This document shows positions 38,550 through 50,829 of a stretch of 64,000 bases of DNA, one piece after another. Where the stretch lies: assembly GCA_047967505.1 (NCBI GenBank), contig CM106538.1; one strand, given 5' to 3'. A program made the position numbers and the translations under genes. The notes beneath the pieces were generated by a model. It worked only from the letters and a program-made list of their open reading frames with translations, was not told where the DNA came from and made no database searches. Within the stretch, counting starts at the first letter, position 1. Each line of letters opens with the position of its first letter. This DNA comes from Dipteris shenzhenensis. Lineage: Eukaryota.

Positions 38550-39680
38550 TTTGGAGAGCGTCCACTGTGGGCAATTGACTATCAGTCCATTTTGGGGAAC
38601 CGACGCTTGGATTGTGCGTGCGTGGAGGCGAGTAGAGGTATCCATCCTCTCCATTTCTAGTTGCGCGTTCCGTTCAATCTTCCATTCTGTGGCGTGTGTC
38701 TTCAACCTTGCGAATGTCTGGAGCGCAGCGAGTTGTGGAGTCTATGAATACCGGGAGCGAAACGTTTGGTAGATGTACCTAAACTACTCGTAACGTTCTT
38801 CGTTCTCTCAAACTAGCGAATAGCAAAGTTGGTCTTTCGATGAACTCTAGAATTCCGCTCGAATAGACTCTGTCTGCCTGTGTATACCATCATTGTTCAA
38901 GGCGATGCGACGTTCTCTTTTCATAAACTCTATCTGCATGTGTACACCATAATTGTTAAAGGCGATGCGACGTTCTCTTTTCATGTGTGCGCTAATATTG
39001 AAGTTAAAATTACGACGATAGCAAAAACAGAGACGACTGAGGAACTTCTATTTCCTTGTCTCTCTGGCTCTCTTGTGAGGCTTCCATTTCCTTTTCTCTC
39101 TGCCTCTTTTGTGAGGCTTCCATTAGGGCTCTCTGTTGAGCCTGGATGAGAGAATTGGTCAACTCCAAGAGCTGCTCGTTTCGCGTTCTATTGACTCTCA
39201 ATTGAGGCATGTCCACTTCTAGCAATCCCAGAATTGACAACACTCGATCTTTGTCGTGACCTGGTAGAGACTATCTTGGTTAGAATTCATTTGGTAGAAT
39301 TAGCATAGAGAGGAAAACAGAGCATATCGTGGGGAAAACGAAAAACTCACCTTCAGAACAATGGCGCCTATCTGAGATCTCCTGCAGTACTATGCCTATA
39401 AATTGAACAAGGGGATAACGCGTCATCTCTAACTGATGTTGAGAAACAGTGAAATCTATCATATACAGTTGTGACCCGTCCAGTGGTTTTGAGCAATTTC
39501 CACACTGTTCTGGAAATCCTTTCAACGTGTCCGAGATTAGCCCTTTGGAGCAGGAGTATGCGTACACCCCGGACTCGTACCATGAGGAGTAATAATAAAT
39601 CTCAGGCGTAACATGATAAGGAAGCATACCCTTTCTTTTCTGTCGGCATAAAAGAAGCAGACGCATATATATGTCATCTC
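38550..39680 (-). pseudogene. Unknown, probably spliced and decayed gene with a CxxC motif (possible Helitron accessory gene)
   Basis: Protein-like segments YSCSKG...CGNCSKPLDG...(SEG then GTGAG donor), LLEVDMPQLRVNRTRNEQLLELTNSL and QTESIRAEF...QTFARLKTHATEWKIERNAQLE, with stops. No family recognised. Confidence 0.35.
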
Positions 39681-40379
39681 TAAGGCGGCTCCCGTATAGT
39701 TTACTATCGCCACAAGCAGGCTCAGTTCCACGAATAAATTAGTGATTCGCAATTCTCAATTCAAATTCCATTGAGACGCTCTGTTTTTTGTTCGCTTGTC
39801 GAGAGCTGAAGAAATATGACACGAACGGAGGGTCCTGCTACGCTGATGATGGCGATTCATCCGAGGTTCACAAGGCTAGCGTGGGCACCGAAGTAGATAC
39901 AAGTACTAACGAGTATGTGCTCCATCGCAATAGCAGTTCGTTTCGTTGAAGTCACTCTTCCTAACCTTGATCATTGCGAAGCAGTAATACTAGTCAATTG
40001 CGCTGCTACATGCATGATTACTTCTTCTTTGCCATGCACTACCATAGATGTGCGAGTGGACGTGCTGAACGTGAAGAGTGTTTCTGAGAAGGGTGCTGCT
40101 TTCAACAAATTGGTTGGCGTGAAGAAGAAGAAGTCATCTCGCTGAGGAGAGGCTTCGAGGCTGTGGCTGAGCAGGCATACACGAGGGTAAGGTGTAGCAT
40201 TTTGTTTGGTTTCCTTATAGAAAAAAATTTGAATGATCGCAACGAGCCTTTTTTTTGCAGTTCGAAAGCTACTTAAGCACGAGCACATAAAAGGCACGAT
40301 AAAGTGCGCTATGAATATTTATATTAAGAAGAAACACCCACAACTATGTTTGACTCAAGTGTCATCGTGTAGAGACCGA

Positions 40380-42230
40380 ACGAGGGTTAACTCTGTCATT
40401 AAGGATACCATCTTTTGTATCATCATTGTGCATATTTCCAACCAAAAAAATAAACGAGGGAGTTTACTTGTCATAAAACACATTGCCAAAGTCAGCCTGC
40501 TTCCCTTCCATCCATGTTTTGAATTCCTGCTCGTTAATAATATTCAAGCATTAAATCCCTCCTTCGTTTGCAATCCACTTTTTCTAATGGCACCCAACGA
40601 AAATTATATATTATAAAGGTTTCAATCACTGCGAATGTTTGTTGTCAAATCGCCACATTCAAGGGAAATTTTCATGTGCACCGCTCACCCATAAAAGACC
40701 ATTTTCCAGATGTATGTAATCTACTAAAACTATGCGTTCTTGACAATTCCAAATGCAAGGAATGATAGCACATACACTAGAAATAATGGGATAATATGTT
40801 TGGCAACTATTAGTCTTTTAGCAAGAGATAGCTTCTTAGATGCCCACTTACTAAACATTCCCTCATATTTTCAAAAGCAGTAGTCAGGTATGTCTTTGAA
40901 AAAGATTCCCAGCCATAAAAGCGAGAGTGGATCCAGACGAGCTTGGCATTAGAAGGAGACCACATCCAAGAGGTCACCGACTATGGACGAGGCGTTTTCC
41001 TCATCTAGCTAAGCTCCCCCGACACTACCTCGACACTTGTGGAGCAAAGCCCCATCCTCCTCGGTCCACATCTTGTTTACCTCTTTCCTTGGTATCATGG
41101 GTTCACAGTGGAGGACATGGATAAGACACACCATGTTCCACGTTTCCTGGTTACACTTCGCTTCGTGCACAGTAGTTTGCTCCTTCACGATTGCGTTGCC
41201 TACAACTATGACCAAGAGAAAGGGGCTTCAGGGGGTTGCCAAGGCGCTATTATAAAGGGGGGTCGACCAAGAAAAATTTCATACCTTGACACAGGTGCAC
41301 GGGTTACATGTGATGCTCATAATTAGTGCTGGTTATGTTGCATTGCCTATGGAATTCAAATTCGGTGGCTAAGGTTTTAATTCTTCATCTGATTGTTTTT
41401 ATGGCTTCTATAAAGGGAATCTTTTTTAAAGACATACCTGACTATTGCTTTTTAAAATATGAGGGAATGTTTAGTAAGTGGGCATCTAAGAAACTACCTC
41501 TTGCTAAAAGACTAATAGTCGCCAAACATACTATGCAGTTATTTCTAGTGTATGTGCTATCATTCCTTCCTTTCACAGGGAGTGCACTGATTGCCACTGA
41601 TATAGTAGTGGCCCCTGCCACTGGAGGAGGTGACTGCCACTGATATAGTAGTGGCCCCTGCCGCTGTAGGGGCTGATCGCCACTGATATAGTAGTGTGGC
41701 CCCTCCTGCTGGAGGAGGTGGCTCGTGCTGTTCCTCCTTTGGGGCCACTTGGTCAACCTCTCTTTGCAATTGGCCCTCTGCCTGTGATGCTTGCAGGCCT
41801 GTTTGCTTGGGTTCTTTTTAACTTGGGTCGAGTCCCCTTCTGAGGGGGTAACCCAAGGGGTCTTAGACTCTTGTTGCTCCTGCCTGAGAGGACGTTGGCT
41901 CGGACCTACTGACTGCGTCTACTGTACAGAGGGGGAGGGGAGGCGCATGAGGGAGGCCACGGGGGCAATCTCTGGCGAGGTGACCCATCTGTCTGCACCG
42001 AAGACACTACATGGTAACCCAGAAATCTCCACCCTCTGGCGAAGTGTGCCACCTTCAAGGGTCTCGAGAAGGATCAACTCTGGGATGGAGGGACTCTGGG
42101 CTCTCAACCACCAGTCTGATCCTAGTGACTCCATAATCTGCTAAAACTGAGGCGGCCGACTCTGGCAGGGACTTGAGCACTGTGCTAAATGCCCCACCAA
42201 TGGAAGGGAGGATGGCTCGATACTCCTTGG
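40380..42230. mobile_element. Rearranged LINE fragments: ORF2 pieces as an inverted pair (40757-40920 minus, 41397-41568 plus), DUF4283-like ORF1 piece (40925-41170 plus), ORF1 CCHC piece (41770-42230 minus)
   Basis: SKWASKKL(S/P)LAKRLIVAKH on both strands; YGRGVFLI...PILLGPHLVYLFPWYHGF; QCLRCRQMGHLARDCP on minus at about 41960-42007. Confidence 0.75.
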
Positions 42231-42239
42231 AAAACAAGC

Positions 42240-43681
42240 TAGTGTCACAAGATGCTCCCCCCAGCATCCATGCATCATGCAAAGCCCTCGTTTCCAATGT
42301 CGCCAAGCCATGCAATTCGAACTCACTGCCCATAGTGAAGGTCAACGCCCTTTCTGAGTACATTGATTACCGATTCGCATTTGAGGGAAGAGTGCTATCG
42401 AAGTATGGCATGTTCAAGGCCGAGGACGCTCCCTATGCAACATATATGCGAGTTGATCTGACCGATCGCGACTACTAGCAAATAGTAACCCTTCATGTTC
42501 CACACATATATGTGCCCCAACTGAGGGATGTTCTAGAGGTAGATGGCTTCTATAGAATAGAGGGCCCAGCCATTGCTGCAAAGTCACCAGGTGAAGGTGG
42601 GACATCCTTGATCTCCCTACGTGTTGATGCAACCACCACTGTAATTAAAGGCAAGCCTTTTGATGGTCTCCATCCTTCATTCTGGACACCACAATCAGTT
42701 CATGTGCCATGGGTTTTCCAACAAATGCAAAGGTTCCCTTCACAACTGTAATGAAGACAATTGCTTTCGTGGTGGTGAAGGTTGACCTTGAGGGCCCTCT
42801 ATCTGACCAGATTATTATTGCAGATGGACCAAACCCAAAAGATCGCGCAACAGTACGTCTTCAATTGTCTATGAATCCACCCCCCCCCTTTTTTTGCGAT
42901 TAATTGCTAACACGCTTTTTCCACGTTTACACAATTGTCATTCGTTTCAATGATCAGAGGCCAAATTTAACGCGCATCATCCAAGAGTTCAACGAGGAAT
43001 CTATTGTCATGTACATCACACAAACTATTTCATACATGTGTGGCTATATTCGACTTTACCATTCTAGCAGATCTGCCAAAAGGAAGGCTTCGATACACCT
43101 TACAAGAAGCATTTGCACATCAAGTATCTAACCTTGGCTACGATCAGCAGGTGAAACTGTTCTGAGTTTGATTGCATGCATCTATTCTCATGTATGTATA
43201 TGCACAACTATAGTCTCTAACTGTGGTCCATACATGTGGACAAGTCAATGGAGTTTTGCAATTCACTGAGCTGAATGGACCTCTCGTCGAATTCCAGTGT
43301 GGTAAGTGCTCAAGCTCCCGCGTAAGCCGTGACCCAGCCAAACCATTCTCCTACTCATGCGCGAGCACACAGGACGTCTTCACACTTGCCTTGCTGAAGG
43401 GCCGAATTGTGCTATACGATGGTTTCGAGGTTGATGTAAAGCTTCATGGCTCCACTGCAGAGGACGTTTCAGGCCTACACCAATCATTCATGGAGTACCA
43501 TAGCCAAAGCATGGTCGCGACACAAAATTTGCTAATGGACCATCATCCTTCAAGCCAATTCACAATCAACAGCTCCGAGTTCGTCACTGCATTTGTGCGA
43601 GACGCATATGCAGTCTCGGTACTCGACATGTCCTTGCTATACATAAACATGCGCTCAACCTTTGTACATAGTTATTGCTGA
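42240..43681 (+). pseudogene. RPA70-like multi-OB-fold ssDNA-binding protein gene, decayed and spliced; Helitron-associated
   Basis: N-terminal part FEGRVLSKY...YMRVDLTD...LEVDGFYRIEG is OB-fold-like; C-terminal part FQCGKCSSSRV...YSCAS...GRIVLYDG..VDVKLHGSTAEDVSGL resembles the RPA1 DBD-C zinc ribbon; a GTACGT donor lies at about 42853. Judged by pattern only. Confidence 0.55.
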
Positions 43682-44799
43682 TCTGGTACAAGGTTGTCGT
43701 TGGGGAGGAAATAAAATGTCTCGTGCCACATGATTGTGCCGTTACTTTCAAAACTTCACCGTACTGTGTCTTTTTTTTTGCAAGACACAACCCCCCCCTT
43801 ACCACCTCCTTGGCGTAAAAGCAAAACCCCTATTTTTATGTTGCGTATAAATCCGAGCACACCAACAAGCTATATATGCTTCCAACAATAATATGTTTCT
43901 CTTGTATTTCCACACCATGCACCCAGAATTCGCTTAAATTTTTAGCTAGGCCCATGGATAGTGTTTGCAAGGAAACGATACATGGTTGCATCGAGACAAC
44001 CTCCGACAATATCGTATGCGATGGAAACCGTATGGTTTGCAAGCGAAAAACAACAAACATACTGGACTGTGTCGTAGCGCTTAATGGAAAACATTCATAC
44101 AAATATTTACTGGGCATCTTACACGGTCACATCTCCACAACAACTTGCAAAGCCACATCCCCTTAGTGCCAGCCGAGGCCTACACCACAGTACGAGGAAA
44201 TTGTTGCGCCAACGAAGGATGAGGTCATGTACCTTTTGCAAGGTTCCTCCACATCCAGGTCTCTTGTCCACGATTTCTTGCTACGCTTGGTTGAGGCGAT
44301 TAGTACGTCTTTCACTCTTGTCTTGCGTGACAGTGAATCAGTCATTCATCGGGCTGCAATCGATAGTGGACATGCAACCGCAAATCACAACATACTAATG
44401 AATGATTGGGCTTGCTCCCCTTTCGTCACCCCATGGTATGTGGACTGGGGGAAAAGGGCCTACATGCACTGGTGCACAGAAGATGAGCTGCGCTTGTAAA
44501 CACTTGTGAGTAGCCTGGCTCAATTGCCTGCAAGCAAGGTTGCTTTGCTGTTCAATGAAGCAACAGAGCAACTGCCAATACGCCATCTCTAGCGTTTGCA
44601 GCAAGATCTATAAGATCAAGTCTACATGCGCCAACAATTTTATCCCTGTAATGGTTTCGAGATTGTGCAACTCCCATGCAAGGTGCTCCCTCCAACTAGA
44701 GTTATAGGTGGGAGACCAACGTACCACAGATCTTGAACTTGGACATCCGAGGAGGAAATGCAAAGAAGCTACCAGAAGTGCCCAACATACAACACCAAC

Positions 44800-47700
44800 A
44801 TACAAGACACACCTAGGTATCCTTGCGCAAGCTATAAGACCCTCAAATTTGCTGCAAATTTGAAGAAGCTCCCTGTCTAGTTCATGGGTGTTTCGATATT
44901 GCTTGAGGATGCACCTGTCGAACTAACATGCACAAAACCATACATTTGCACCCTATGCTTGTTGCAGGAATTGTGAAAGACAAAACACCAACTTTTTATT
45001 TGAAAAACATGCCAATCCAACCTCCAGCACTACATGTATCTACTCTCAATAGGGTTGAGCAAAGACTCGTGGCTATAAGGCTGCCATTTGCGCAGATTCG
45101 TGAGCTGTCATATGAGGGCCAATATGGATTGCATGGGAGTGTCGTCAACGTGTTCGCAGACACTGACAGGGCACAGCAAGTACTACCGAGGTTCCTAGCA
45201 GACAACACGACAATCTTGGTTGCGATTAAGTGCAAGTTGGAATACACGGACAACTACATGAGTGGTGTCGTGCGGCCTACAAAAACCATGCAAGCAATGC
45301 ATAAACTTATACAGACACCGCTATACAGAGAGAGTGGAGTAAAGATAAATCATGTTTGGATAGAGCACATAGAGAGCATGCAGAGCGACGCAAAGGCTTC
45401 TGAAAGCACAACCACCATGGGAGAACAAACCTGCCAAGAGAACAATGTCGAGACAAACACGCTCGTGATGGCATATACACAGCACAATAGGTAGTTGACT
45501 TCCAGGATAAACCAATAGTCGTTGCACCATCAAAAGGGTTCTCTCCACCACTGAGCGTTTTTAAAGACAAGCATTACAAGGAGATGGCGTTCCCTAGATG
45601 TTTTATAACCACATGCGTTCTTACAAACTCCCTGAGCGTACAAGCTACCAAAGGATCGTGAAGTGGGAGTTGACAAGCCAGGACAGACGTTTTGCAACCT
45701 GCGTAGATAATATTTTCTTCAAGACAATGAAAGTTCTTGTACGTCACGTTCTATCGTCCACATGAGTTTGAAAACGAGAAGGGCAACTTAGAGGGAGAAC
45801 TATACAAGCTAGGGACACGCTCACTCACACGAACATAGAAAAATTGCTCCATTTAAACATTGGGTACTGTGACTTTACATGCCTTCGCACTTCGGCAAAT
45901 TATAAGCATCGCTTAAAGAAAAACTTATTCGGCATGCTGCGCCATCTTGGCCTTCATCGCTTTATCGGCTATGGAACGATTGTGGATCCCCCTCCTGCAA
46001 TGCCTTGCTGACTTGCAACAGCTTGTCCTTCAAGACTTGACTAAGAATGGCATACACAACATGATACGTAACGACCCCATCAATATAGCTAGGTACCACA
46101 TTCACAAATTCAAGGCCCTCAAGAATTTACTCAAGAAAGACCACTCCATCCTAGGACCATTCATTGACTTCTTATTAACAGAGTTCCAGAATAGAGATAG
46201 CCAACATGACCACCGGCTTCTATGGTATGACAACGCCCCAATTATTGGTCATGCTAAGAATGAGGTCATAGCATACATTGACAAATATATCACAACAGAT
46301 CTCTCTTTGTTTGACCTCCCAAAGAAAGAAATACAAACGCACAAGCATACAAAGACATGCAAGCAACGGGGTAAGGCTTGCAGGTTCGATTTCCCGAGGC
46401 CACCCATGATTGAAACAATGATTTTGTACCCTCATCCAGAGGACAGTGGAATGCAGGCAGCAAAAGCTAACATGAAGAAGATTACCAACCTAATGCTGGA
46501 GGAGGGCTCACTACAACTAGGTTTCGATATGTTCTTACAGAAACTTGGATTCTCTTACGATGACTACGTCAATGCGCTAAGGAGTAAACTCTACCAGCCA
46601 ACAATTCTACTCAAGTGGCAGTCGAAGGATAACTTCACAAACAATTTCAACCCAACAATATCCAAATTTTGGTACAGTGTGAACGCTGATATACAATTTG
46701 TCTTGAACCCCCATGCACAGTGGCATCTTATTACATATCATACATGATGAAGATGGACAGGGAAACCACGGAGGCAGTGAGGAGCGCTCTCAAGGCAAGC
46801 ATGGCCGACGACTCACCAACGAACGAGCGCATAAGAAATGTCGGGAACGCAATACTCAACACACAACACATAAGCTCACAACAAGCTGCGTACCTTTGCT
46901 TGTTGCTCCCTCTGACAAGTGCCACCAAAGAATTCTACTACATTAACACAATCCCTCCCAAGGAGCGGACACTCCTACTTAAGAGACGCACCCAGCTTCA
47001 AGCAATTGATCCTTCTAGCACAAACATTTTCTTCGATGATGTTATCAAAAAGTATGTGCACCATGCAAAGAGGCACTTGGACATTTGCCTCGCTACTTAC
47101 GCCAATAAACGCAGCGTACCAACGACCCAAAAACAACCAAGGAAAAGAGGAAAAATAATACGCTTCAACAACTACAATAAGACCAAGATCCGAAGAATCA
47201 TTACAAAGAATTGTGCCTGTTATACCTTCCTTTCCTTCACAGCGAGCACACAATATCATATGAATTTCCAACATGGCATGACATGTACCACTCGAATGCT
47301 GAGGTCATTGATGCTCAATTTAACAAAACCTCAATGTGCAGAGCGTTGCACAACAGGCTTGAGCCATCAATCTCTACAACCAACAACGAATCTACAAACC
47401 ACAGCTACGCGAGCGAGGAAAATTTTGACTTGGGATTGGAAATGAACATGCACGAGGCAAACACAACACGACGCGACCAGCAACAACCCTCACAGGCTTT
47501 AATGCCTAACCACCAATTCTATGGACTATTGAGAAAGCTTAACAATGAGCAGCGAGCAATCATCAACAACATCATGCTCAAAAAGATTAGCGAACCTAGT
47601 CAACAATTCCACCTCCTGCTCTCTCGAGAGGCAAGTACAAGTAAAACCTTCACACTCATGCTCTTAGTGCAAGCACAGCTCCGCTTCTACTCGCACAAAG

Positions 47701-48827
47701 ACACATCAAATGTAGACTTGCCCAAGGCAATCTTGGTCGCATACACTGGAAGAGCCACTCACGCTATTGGTGGGATGACTATACATGGAGCTTTCCACCT
47801 TCCACTACTTTCATCGGCCTACACGTCGCTTTCAGCAGAGAAACTACAATAGCTGTCAGAAGCATTCAAGGAAGTACAGCTACTGGTCATTGACAAAATT
47901 TCCCTGGTCGGCATCAATACCTTCATTGCCGCAAACTCCCGCACGAGAGAAATCAAGCACAACCACGACCAACCTTTTGGGGGCGTCAATGTTCTCCTAT
48001 GTGGAGACCTGTACCATGCAAGCCCAACCAAGGACTCCTGGATTTTCTATAGCAAACATCCTCCTTCGAACATGCTAGGTTCCTTTTGGACAAGCAAACT
48101 TTTTTACTACGAGCTACGACAGCCCGTGCAGCAAAAAGGCCCCCATTTCCTTGCATTGCTCAACAAAATCAGGATAGGATGCCAAACAAATGCCGACCTT
48201 GACCTCTTAAACAATGAACATTTCAAAAACCCACCAGTTAAGCACAACATTCCTCAGCTCTTCTACACAAACGCCGCAAAGGACGACCACAACGAAAATT
48301 TTTTCAACACCCTGCAAACAGAACCACGCGTGCTACTTACAAAGGACATTTGTCACAAGACATGCAGAGTCACGGAGGTTTGGGTGTTGCAACTTACTTT
48401 AGACCAAATCTACAACTTATCCAACAGACTCAAGTCCAGGTTGACGGGTACCAAATCCTTCTTGCAATGTTCAAAAGTCATGAAAACAAAAGAACAGGAA
48501 TACTTCACACGTACAAGTCACCACAAACAAAATTGCCAACGCTGCTGCAAAACATGCACAACCTCATGCAACTACTCCCGCAGTCTGCACTACATTTGCA
48601 CTCGGTGACTTCAACATTGACATCACCCGCCCTCCACAATGATGGCACAACTGCAAGGCTTCATGGTCCACCACGGCATGCGCCTGCTCAATAAAGGACC
48701 TACGACAATCTCCGGATCCGGAATAGACCATATCAGGTGCAACAACATAAAAATCAGCACACACACGGGACGGACATTCGCATATTGGTCTAACCACATG
48801 CTACTCCATGCAGAGACATCAATTTGA
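44800..48827 (+). mobile_element. Helitron2/Helentron-type RepHel gene remnant: DUF6570-like region, HUH Rep, PIF1 helicase and C-terminal AP (EEP) endonuclease; many stops and frameshifts, internal deletion
   Basis: EQRLVAIRLPFAQIREL..GQYGLHGSVVNV; RNDPINIARY; EFQNRDSQHDHRLLW (HUH); QTHKHTKTC..CRFDFP; NADIQFVL..ASYYISYMMK (YxxxY); LNNEQ, decayed Walker A REASTSKT, AYTGRATHAIGGMTIH, VIDKISLVG, PFGGVNVLLCGDLY; EEP motifs YKSPQ, LGDFNID, PTTISGSGIDHI and YWSNH. Confidence 0.9.
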
Positions 48828-50829
48828 ATCAAAGCGTTTTCCCCAAATCCATATCTATACCAAAGATCACAGGCAGGTGGAGGATGCATAGCCTTGCATC
48901 CATAAATAGAATGAATTAATCACCGAGGAGGAAATTTTTCTAGGGAGTGGAAAAATTAAGGAAAAAGGGGAAACGAAAGATGAGGGGGAGAGGGGTATAG
49001 GGGCCTCCTGACATTGATTGCTAAATATTACAACTCCCTATTACGAAAATCAGTTGGCCCACCGACGACATCAAACCTACTTTCATGTCTTGAGTTAGTA
49101 TTGCGGGCCAATTTGTCCCGCAATTCCTCAATCTCAACAGGGCAAGCCCACTGAAAAAATTCACCTTGTTTAAAGGTCAATTGGAATCGGGAAGCCCAAC
49201 AATTGAAAAACCTAGGTCAAATTGCTACATCGATGTAAATTTGACATCCTCTTTCAAGGAGAAGGGGAAGAATCAGGACAGGGAATTGAGAGATTGTAAT
49301 TCTGAGGTAGAGCTTTCCTCAAAAGTGATGGATGAAAAGCTAGGGCATTTTTCCTTGCAATCCTCGAAAGGAGCAACTGAAGAATAGAATAAAATGTAGA
49401 TGGGTAGTGTGCGCCGTTGAATTGTTCCAAGAAGTGCCAGAGCTCAACTTGCACAAAGAGGAAGGATGGTGAGATTTCTCCAAGCAGGGATTCAAGAAAT
49501 ATGGAGCATAGGAGTCATCATGTGAAGCAACCATCGTCAAGAAAACAATATCCCGAGAGAACGAAAGAGAAAGAGCTTTGACCACCCTTCATGGCTATGG
49601 CAGATCAAACCCCAGGAGTAGAACCACCTCGCTCACAAGAGTGACCTCTTGACGATCATGCTTCTCGACACCAACCTTCAGACGATCAACCAACTGCGCC
49701 GAATGGGTACAAAATTCGGAGCTCAAATCCATCCCCTTGCTGATACACAAGCATTTCGAGTTTACAACGCATGTTGTTCGTCACATTACATGTCTTCTCT
49801 GTTGTTTAATGGACGTAAGGCCATGTTCTATTTCCTTCACAAAACGAGCCTTTAACCATAGCTCAAAAGTGCTTCCTACCCGAAAGAAGTATTTTTTTTT
49901 CTGTAGGTGTTCCAGGGGTCTCCTTTTGAGGCCTACTATTTGATTGATTTGAAAGGTGTATCATGAGTTAACATTCTGCTTGCTTTTGATGAAGAAAAGC
50001 ATAGGCTGTTGCAAAGCAAAGGCAGTCAGGCAAGGCTACTGATTCAGAGAGACAACACAAGAAACACTGAGTTTGAGGGATAAATTTGACTTAGCATCTC
50101 AAGAGGCCGGGCGACGGACCGTGGTTTCAAAAGAAGGCTGAAAATGCAGATTGATGACTTGTTTTCGAAGAACGAAAGTTCTAAAATATCTGAAGGAAAA
50201 TAAGACACTATAATTTTTATACGAGGCGGAACACAGCTTTAAGATTTCTTCATCGTTTGAAATCTTTGCAGCAGCTAAGAGTGTATGGATCACGGCATTT
50301 CTTTGTTTTGTTGCACTATGACATGCTAATTTACCTAGACTATAAGCACAACCATTTGGTAGGGCAAAATGAATATCTAGAGCTGAAGCATTGAAGAAAG
50401 CATGCACTGACCGTCATATTCATAATATTTGCAATAGCCGAGGTAGAATTACAACTGCAGGCTTCTAATGGAGCAATTCGGGAAGAAAGGGCGACCTTGG
50501 AGTTTGTTCGGAGACAGCTAGAACAAGCGCAAACAGATCTCTTCTCAAATCGAACTCCTTGCTCCCAAAGTTTGCGAACGAAATCTATCTACGCGACTCC
50601 AAAGAACAATGACCACAACAAAACACGAATTCACAAGGCAGACCAACATAGCATCAAAAGAACACACGAAGGAACGAAAATAGCAACAAATGGGCAGGAG
50701 AAGCACGAGCAAGTTGACAGATAGACAAGTTGAGTCAGCAACATGTAATAAAACTAGCCAGCAATGTGTGATAAAACTAATAGAGGGACAGTTTCTGAAA
50801 AAGTGTCAAAAGAGCACTCCCTGCAAGGC

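Noticed and set aside
41778-41788. 11-bp inverted match to sequence just before the 48882 hairpin (possible subterminal inverted repeat)
   Set aside because: It lies within LINE-derived sequence and is short enough to be chance.
49000-50800. Short ORFs between the two helicase segments
   Set aside because: No recognisable motifs or consistent reading frame.
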